Origin: Ignicoccus pacificus DSM 13166
Lineage (GTDB): Archaea > Thermoproteota > Thermoprotei_A > Sulfolobales > Ignicoccaceae
Assembly (NCBI GenBank): GCA_025340205.1
Contig: CP006868.1
Span: 210,001-242,000 of the forward strand
DNA: 32,000 nucleotides
Direction of reading: 5' to 3'
The translations under genes were made by a program, and so were the position numbers. A model generated the notes under the pieces. That model had not been told where the DNA came from. It did no database searches and worked only from the letters and a program-made list of their open reading frames with translations. Of the stretch, positions 25,780 to 32,000 are shown one piece after another; position 1 is the stretch's first letter; every line of letters begins with the position of its first letter.

Positions 25780-27015
25780 TTACCCTTTGATCAGTCCGAA
25801 CTTTCTTGCAGAGATCTCCAGCGCTTTGAGGGCAGGAAGTTCCTTCCCGGACAGGAAGGCTAGGAGAGCGCCTCCTCCGGTGCTTATGTGACCCACCCTA
25901 TCCTTCATCCCCAATTCCTCTATGACCGCGGTGAGGTGACCTCCTCCGAAGATGGTGAAGGCACCGCTTTCTAGGGCAGCTCTGACCAACTCCTTCGTTC
26001 CCTTCCTAAACCTAGGATCCTCCATAACTCCAGCGGGTCCCCTCATCACGACTACCTTAGCTTCCTTGATGAGCTCGGAGTAGGACCTTATAGTTGCCGG
26101 CCCTATGTCCCTTATCAAGCCAGTGACGTTGTACGCTGGCTCAACTTTCACGTTTCCTTCCTCATCTACAGTTACGAAGTCGAGGGGAACGTCTATCGGA
26201 GCTCCGGAGAGTAAGAGCTTTCTAGCTTTAGGAACTAGGGACAATATACCCTTCTTCTCTAGGAACTTCATGTTGCTTTCTCCTAGATCTATTCCTTTAG
26301 CGACCAAGAAGAGCTCGGAGAGGAGGCCAGTGGTTAGGATCCTATCTGCGACCTTGTTCTCAACTATGTTCTCTATTATGCTCAAGCTGTCGGGGACCTT
26401 TCCGCCTCCCAGAACGAAGACCTTCGGGGAGACCTTGGGGTTGAATATCTTGGATAAAGCCTCCACTTCCTTTTGCATCAACCTTCCCATAACTGAGGGG
26501 AGGACCATTGGGAATCCAACTATGCTCGGCTGGGACCTGTGGGCAGTGGCGAAGGCGTCGTTGACATAATAGTCGAAGAGCTTAGCCAACCTTCTAACCA
26601 AGTAGGTCTTTTCTTGAACCTCGGGAGGAGCGTTTATGTTCTCTTCAGCTAGGAATCTGACGTTGTCCAAGAGCAATACCTCGCCGGGTTTCAAGTTCTT
26701 GATCCTCCTCCTAGCCTCCGGTCCCATTACGTCTTCCACGAATTGAACGCTTTGACCTAGAAGGGCGGAAAGCTTTGCGGCGTGTGGCTCTAAGGTAATG
26801 AAGTCGCTCTCTCCGGGCCTCCCTTGATGGGAAACGACTACTACGGCGGCCCCCCTTTCCAACAGTTCCTTTATCGTGGGGACGTGAGCCCTTATCCTGC
26901 TGTCGTCCAGCAGCTCCTCGTTATCTCCGACGGGGGAGTTGAAGTCCACCCTCAAGAGCACCTTCTTCCCGCTGACGTCTATGTCATCCAACGTCGGAAG
27001 CTTCAGTTGACTCAA
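25780..27015 (-). CDS. pgk: phosphoglycerate kinase
   Basis: KKVLLRVDFNSPV, DDSRIRAHVPTI, VVVSHQGRP, LLDNVRF, NDAFATAHRSQPSIVGF, FGGGHLTAVIEE. Confidence 0.97.
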   Translation of the reverse strand: MSQLKLPTLDDIDVSGKKVLLRVDFNSPVGDNEELLDDSRIRAHVPTIKELLERGAAVVVVSHQGRPGESDFITLEPHAAKLSALLGQSVQFVEDVMGPEARRRIKNLKPGEVLLLDNVRFLAEENINAPPEVQEKTYLVRRLAKLFDYYVNDAFATAHRSQPSIVGFPMVLPSVMGRLMQKEVEALSKIFNPKVSPKVFVLGGGKVPDSLSIIENIVENKVADRILTTGLLSELFLVAKGIDLGESNMKFLEKKGILSLVPKARKLLLSGAPIDVPLDFVTVDEEGNVKVEPAYNVTGLIRDIGPATIRSYSELIKEAKVVVMRGPAGVMEDPRFRKGTKELVRAALESGAFTIFGGGHLTAVIEELGMKDRVGHISTGGGALLAFLSGKELPALKALEISARKFGLIKG

Positions 27016-27146
27016 AACCCGATCCCCCTATAACCATGGCATAGCAAAGGTTTTATTTTGGAGGAGCGGTCCCCTCCTTAAGCTTAAAGCAACTCACTTA
27101 CTCCCGTAAAAGCCCCCTCCTCCCTTCGACCAGGGAAGAGGAGGGA

Positions 27147-28220
27147 ATGACGTACGCTCTGCTAATAGCAACGTTCATAGGAGTAATATGCGGGATGACG
27201 CTAAGGACCGCTAGCGCCTTCAAGGAAGTTGGGAGCGCTTGGGCGTTCATGGCCCTACTTGCCTTGGCCTTCTCAATAGGGAGAGGGACGTCCTCACTCA
27301 TCTCGGGCGAGGCCGCTAAGAGATATGGAAGTAAGGTAACAGCCCTAGGCTTCTTCTCCCTAGGGACTGTGGGATTAGGCTATGCCTTCGGACCCCCTTC
27401 CCTATATCCTATTCTCAGAATATTCCACGGCATCTCTTCCGGAATCACTTGGCCCTCCATGCAAGCCTTGGTAATGAACATGGCTCCCCCGGATAAGAGG
27501 GCCAGGGTAGCTTCCATATACTTCTTCATAGGAAGCTTGGGCATGAGCATTGCATATCTGATAGGAAGCGCCTTCAGTTACTCCGCTTTGTACGTGGCCC
27601 CCTTCGTCCTGTACTCGCTCGGTATAACGATGCTCAAGGTTTCTGGTAAGGTCGGAAAGGTTCAAAAGAAGGTGGAAAAGGGAATATTCTCGCCACCGTC
27701 CTCGACCCTCTTCCTAATGTCTATGACGACTGGTCTCTTAAACGTTCTAGTAAACACCGAGGTTACGATAGCATTCCTCTACTCCATGCTAGGAAAGCTT
27801 GGAGCTGGGTTGGCCTTGAGCTTTGCCTCGGCTGTGGGAACCATGATAAGTTATTTCCTAGGAAAGGAAATGCTTGACTTGAAGCAATCCCCTAAGGCAA
27901 TAGTCGTTCCCGGGGCGGTGTCCTTGGGATCCTCCTCATTGGTACTCACCGGTCACCCCGCCGTAACGGTGTTAGGGATAACCATGACCCAAGGAAGCAC
28001 CATGTGGTGGAGGAGCTTACTTATGGCCGTCGCCAGGAGCGGCGACGTGGGAAGGAGGGTAGGTTTGATCAATATGGGAAGAGACATAGGGGGAGTTGTG
28101 GGCTCTTCTCTCTTGGGCATCCTTGGTCCCTCCGCCTTACCCCTTCCCGTCCTCTTGGGAGCGGGCCTTACTGTTCTGGGAATAGGGATTATGGAGAGGA
28201 GCGGTGCTACTAAGGTATGA
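27147..28220 (+). CDS. MFS transporter
   Basis: About 10-12 TM segments with an MFS-like loop (SSLISGEAAKRYGSKVTALG). Overlaps the next gene start by 4 nt. Confidence 0.82.
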   Translation: MTYALLIATFIGVICGMTLRTASAFKEVGSAWAFMALLALAFSIGRGTSSLISGEAAKRYGSKVTALGFFSLGTVGLGYAFGPPSLYPILRIFHGISSGITWPSMQALVMNMAPPDKRARVASIYFFIGSLGMSIAYLIGSAFSYSALYVAPFVLYSLGITMLKVSGKVGKVQKKVEKGIFSPPSSTLFLMSMTTGLLNVLVNTEVTIAFLYSMLGKLGAGLALSFASAVGTMISYFLGKEMLDLKQSPKAIVVPGAVSLGSSSLVLTGHPAVTVLGITMTQGSTMWWRSLLMAVARSGDVGRRVGLINMGRDIGGVVGSSLLGILGPSALPLPVLLGAGLTVLGIGIMERSGATKV

Positions 28221-30247
28221 ACGTAATCGAATATATCAAGTTATATAAATTGAGCGCCGCTGAAGAAAGGGGAGAGTGTACTATGTGCTTGAAGGCCTCG
28301 CTGTTCCCCGACAGGATGTTTAAGCTGCGGATGGTGCTGCCGAAGAACGACGTGGACAAGGTAGTAGAGCTATTGACGGAGTTGGGAAGCTATGAACCAG
28401 CCGACATCAAGTTGAGCTTCGGAGAACCCATCGAGTGGGCTAGACACGACTTGTTGGTAGTGGTGGACCACATTACCAAGCTAGAGGGCTTCTTCGAGTA
28501 CTTCGAGCTCAGCATATTCCCCGAGCCCGAGAGGACCTACAAGTTCAAGAATTGGAGGGAGGCTGCCCAGACCGCTGTAAAGCTAGCCAAGGAAATAGAG
28601 GCCGAGTTTGAGGAAAAGATGAACAAGATAAGGGAAATAGAGACCAAGATGTTCGAGGTAAGCGCCCTTCTCAGCAAGCCTCAGACCCTCCCCGGAGAGC
28701 TCTTGGAGAAGCTGAAGGAGGCCGCCGGTCTAGTAGCCCTACACGAGATACCCAAGGACCTCCAGAAGGACATGGTAATTCTGGACGCGGCCGCTAAGGA
28801 GCTAGTGAAGCTAACTGAGGAGTTCGTGAGGAAGCTAGCTCTAAAGATACTGAAGGAGCTAGAGGAGGAGAAGAAGACCGTCTTCGAGGAGGCTAGGAGC
28901 TGGGCTTTGGAGAACGAGGAGAAGATTAAGCAAGTCTACGGCCTCCTCAAGACCGTTGAGGCCGCCCTAAAGGTATTGGCGAAGGGCAAGGAGACTGACT
29001 ACTTCGTCTACCTAGAGGGATACGTGCCGGAGAGCAAGATCAAGAAGACCTTGAAGAGGCTGCAAGAGCTGGTAGGCGAGAGCGGGTTCATAGTATCCCA
29101 CGTAGTTGACATGGATAAGGAGACTCCACCGACCTATGTCAAGGTAGAAAGCGAGGCTGTGAAGACTGCTTTGAACGTTGAGAACATCTACGGAGCCCCC
29201 AACCCTAGGGAGCTTGTCCCAGCGCTGATAATGGCATTAACGCTACCCTTCATCTACATGTTCATGTTCCCCGACTGGGGACACGCTTTAGTGCTAGTCC
29301 TCTTCGGCTGGGGCCTCGTTAACAGGAAGAACTGGGCCCTAGCAGTCTTCAAACCCTTCGGCGTCAAGAGGTTCACCAGCGGTACTGACTTCCTAGGTAA
29401 GATAATGATGCTCGTCGGAAGCGCCTCCATCATCACCGGTTGGCTCGCCGGCGAGTTCTTCGGTCCCCTTATCGGAGAGAGTATGGTAAACCCTGCCATG
29501 TGGCTGTGGAAGGGCCTAGGAATGGTACCGCCGCTGACCTTCGAACTGCACTACCTAGGAGACACCGTCATCAAGTACGTGCTGCTGAGCATCACCATAG
29601 GATACTTCCACTTGCTGATAGGACACCTAATAGGAATAGTTAACGAGGTGAGGTTCGGCAGAAAGTGGAAGGCAGTTCACTACGTACTGCCGTTCATGAT
29701 AATGTATCTAGTGGCAGGCGCTCCCTTCGTCGCAGGGTTCTTCGCCAGTGGACTCGGAAGCAACATACAACAGATGATGTACCTTAGCGGAAAGTACTTC
29801 GGAGAGTGGATGTTCGATCTGAAGGCCGGAACCATAGGGCCTCTAATGGTGATCTTCATACTAGCGCTCCTCTGGAGGGGCTACGGAATACACCTAGAGC
29901 TAGTTCATGAGTACGGTAAGAGCAGTGGTTCAATGCTGGGAATGGAGCTCTTCGAGAACTTCCTACTGGTAATAAGCAACCTAGTGTCTTACCTGAGGAT
30001 TATGGCGCTGGCGCTAGCCCACTGGGGACTGGTGTTCGCGTTCCAGATAATCGGAGAGCTGGGAGGACCAGTAATGCTGGTAATACTGTACTTCCTAGCG
30101 AACATACTGGTCATAATGCTAGAGGGTCTGGTGAGCTTCATCCACGACATAAGGTTGCACTTCTACGAGTGGTTCACCAAGTTCTACGTGGACAGAGGAA
30201 GGATGTTCGAGCCCGCCAGACAGATAGTGAGGGTCAGGATAGAGTAA
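28217..30247 (+). CDS. V/A-type ATP synthase subunit I
   Basis: Long coiled-coil cytosolic N-terminus, then TM domain with PTYVKVESEAVKTALNVENIYGAPNPRELVPALIMALTLPFIYMFMFPDWGHALVL...FHEYGKSSGSMLGMELFENFLLVISNLVSYLRIMALALAHWGL. The true start may be an internal ATG about 20 codons downstream. Confidence 0.92.
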   Translation: MNVIEYIKLYKLSAAEERGECTMCLKASLFPDRMFKLRMVLPKNDVDKVVELLTELGSYEPADIKLSFGEPIEWARHDLLVVVDHITKLEGFFEYFELSIFPEPERTYKFKNWREAAQTAVKLAKEIEAEFEEKMNKIREIETKMFEVSALLSKPQTLPGELLEKLKEAAGLVALHEIPKDLQKDMVILDAAAKELVKLTEEFVRKLALKILKELEEEKKTVFEEARSWALENEEKIKQVYGLLKTVEAALKVLAKGKETDYFVYLEGYVPESKIKKTLKRLQELVGESGFIVSHVVDMDKETPPTYVKVESEAVKTALNVENIYGAPNPRELVPALIMALTLPFIYMFMFPDWGHALVLVLFGWGLVNRKNWALAVFKPFGVKRFTSGTDFLGKIMMLVGSASIITGWLAGEFFGPLIGESMVNPAMWLWKGLGMVPPLTFELHYLGDTVIKYVLLSITIGYFHLLIGHLIGIVNEVRFGRKWKAVHYVLPFMIMYLVAGAPFVAGFFASGLGSNIQQMMYLSGKYFGEWMFDLKAGTIGPLMVIFILALLWRGYGIHLELVHEYGKSSGSMLGMELFENFLLVISNLVSYLRIMALALAHWGLVFAFQIIGELGGPVMLVILYFLANILVIMLEGLVSFIHDIRLHFYEWFTKFYVDRGRMFEPARQIVRVRIE

Positions 30248-30318
30248 CCTTTTTGATCAAGGTTAATCCTCCCACTTTTTAGGAACGTAGGTTCCTATCC
30301 TAGATCGGCATGATTTAG

Positions 30319-32000
30319 ATGAGGGATCCAGCGCTCCTAGCGTCGCTGGCGTTGCTCTTCGACGAAAGGCTCTTCGATATCTTAAACTTACCAAAGGTAA
30401 CTTTATATGTTAACAAGAGGAGGAGGCTGAGTCAAGAGGAGTTTCAAGAGTTTAGAGAGCTAATCAAGGAACTCGGCGCGTCGTGGGACCCCGGAAGGAG
30501 GTCTTGGAAGCTAATCCCTTCGTTCAGGATACAAGAGGCCCAAAGGGTTGAGGAGATAATCGAGAAGCTCAAGGACTTGGCAGAATTTGTCGTAGAGGTG
30601 AACGGAAAGGAGGAAAAGGTCTACCTAGATGGGGACTCCATAGTCTCAGCTCTCATGTTCGCAAACGAGGAACTGGAGAGGAAGGCCAAGGAGTTGAAGG
30701 GAAGGATCTGCTTTAGACTCATGAGACTTGGAGCCGAAAAGTTCAAGGAATTGTTAAAGTACGCCACTTACGACAAGCTTACTAAGAGCTTCTGCCTAGA
30801 CGTAAGGACTCCCGTTCCGAGGGAGCTAGTTGAAACAATGTTCTACTCCGCCGCGGACACCAACGCGATACTAGCTGCCTTCGCCCTCCTCGAATCCGCT
30901 CAAGAAGGAAGCGTTATCTTTGAAGGGAATACTGTACTCATAAAGATGGATCCTCAAAAGCTGAAACTCTTCGCCTTTAGGGCCGAGAGCTACGAGGAGT
31001 GCGACCTCCGTTCACCGGAAATAGAGAAGGAGAGGAGAGAGAACGCCCTCAGCTACTGCGAGTACAAGTGGGTGAACGAAGGAGGGGAGCTCCAGCTGGT
31101 AGGAGTTCCTAGGAGGCTCTACGAGCTCGGGGACGAGTGGGTAAGGGTATACAGAGGGTTGTACAAGAGGGCGCTAAGGCTTATAGATGAAGAGCCTAAG
31201 GTTTTGTTCAACGACAAGATGCCCGAGGAGACCTCTCAAGACTTCTTGAGAGACTATCAGAGGGAGGCGGTGAACTCAGCCTTAAAGCTCTTGAGAATAC
31301 AAGGTGCTGCGACGATTCAAGCTGCCACGGGAGCCGGAAAGACCGAGATGGCGGTCGCTCTAGTGAAGGATCTAATGGATAAAGGTATAATTAAGAAAGT
31401 ATTCTTTCTGAGTCTTAACAGGACGCTCAACATTCAAGCTGCTGAGAGGTTTAGGAAATACGGGATAGAGGCTGGATTGGTGGACTCGGAGAACTTCCAG
31501 ATAGACAAGCCGGTCGTCGCTTGCACCGTCCAGACGCTCTACAAGTCATTGGAGAAGTTGGGTAAAGCCAGAAAGGTAGAGTCCGAAAAGGTAGAGGACG
31601 TACTCATTGAGGGTTTTGACTTAGGCCTCGAGAAATCGAAGAAACTCGTAAACGAGTACTTGAGAGCTGACATGATAGTAGTAGACGAGGTTCAACACGT
31701 TCCGGCTAGAACAGTGGCTGAGGTAATTCAAGCGAATCCCTTCTCTCTGAGACTTGGTCTCTCCGCAACTCCTTGGAGGGACGACGGAAGGGACGTAATG
31801 ATATACGCTTTGATTGGTGATATAGCTGAGAGGAGGATCTACTCGAGCGAACTGATAGCTAAAGGGTACTTGGTGCCCGTTGAGATCTACATGTGGCAGA
31901 GGAAGCTTGAAGTAGACGAGGAGATGAAGGACTTGTTAAGGGGACTTCAAGGAGCGCAGAAGTATGCTAAGCTGAAGAACTTCGTATTCTATAACGATAA
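30319..32000 (+). CDS. SF2 DNA helicase, XPB/Rad25-like, truncated by window end
   Basis: ORF open to the window end and so absent from the track. LRDYQREAVNSALKLL, ATIQAATGAGKTEMAVALV, MIVVDEVQHVPARTV and SLRLGLSATPWRDDG are SF2 motifs. Confidence 0.85.
   Translation, partial: MRDPALLASLALLFDERLFDILNLPKVTLYVNKRRRLSQEEFQEFRELIKELGASWDPGRRSWKLIPSFRIQEAQRVEEIIEKLKDLAEFVVEVNGKEEKVYLDGDSIVSALMFANEELERKAKELKGRICFRLMRLGAEKFKELLKYATYDKLTKSFCLDVRTPVPRELVETMFYSAADTNAILAAFALLESAQEGSVIFEGNTVLIKMDPQKLKLFAFRAESYEECDLRSPEIEKERRENALSYCEYKWVNEGGELQLVGVPRRLYELGDEWVRVYRGLYKRALRLIDEEPKVLFNDKMPEETSQDFLRDYQREAVNSALKLLRIQGAATIQAATGAGKTEMAVALVKDLMDKGIIKKVFFLSLNRTLNIQAAERFRKYGIEAGLVDSENFQIDKPVVACTVQTLYKSLEKLGKARKVESEKVEDVLIEGFDLGLEKSKKLVNEYLRADMIVVDEVQHVPARTVAEVIQANPFSLRLGLSATPWRDDGRDVMIYALIGDIAERRIYSSELIAKGYLVPVEIYMWQRKLEVDEEMKDLLRGLQGAQKYAKLKNFVFYND

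Noticed and set aside
28217-28280. Upstream part of the V/A-ATPase subunit I ORF as coding
   Set aside because: The first ~20 codons (MNVIEYIKLYKLSAAEERGECT) differ in character from the rest; a downstream ATG is a plausible true start, so the exact start is uncertain.

Overview
This is a 32 kb stretch of a compact archaeal chromosome. It looks like a hyperthermophilic Crenarchaeote, probably Desulfurococcales and possibly Ignicoccus-like; that placement is an inference from gene style, with no search run. The right part (about 9.5-32 kb) is dense housekeeping sequence: an ABC transporter operon with an Xre-type regulator, a SagB-like nitroreductase, archaeal riboflavin synthase, a large membrane protein, a radical SAM protein, a DRG/TGS GTPase, a secreted SNase-like nuclease, TldD, a uridine-kinase-like protein, a CBS-domain antiporter, tRNA-Leu(TAG), enolase, type 4/5-like uracil-DNA glycosylase, a degenerate AAA-like ATPase, 5S rRNA, phosphoglycerate kinase, an MFS permease, V/A-ATPase subunit I, and the start of an SF2 (XPB-like) helicase. 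The left part (about 0.2-9.4 kb) is accessory and partly decayed. It holds a 10-repeat CRISPR array with variant repeats at both ends and no cas genes in the window, a V4R-domain gene, apgM, a HEPN/MNT toxin-antitoxin pair, two orphan genes, a gene-poor AT-rich tract with a VapC/PIN-like relic, a GC-rich candidate C/D-box RNA with a long terminal stem, a DUF2341-like secreted protein gene broken by one in-frame TGA, and a tyrosine integrase broken by two frameshifts next to tRNA-Glu(CTC). The best leads are the candidate C/D RNA, the decayed integrative element at tRNA-Glu, the CRISPR array, and several short membrane-protein genes missed by the ORF track. I did not see a clear, complete new multi-gene system.
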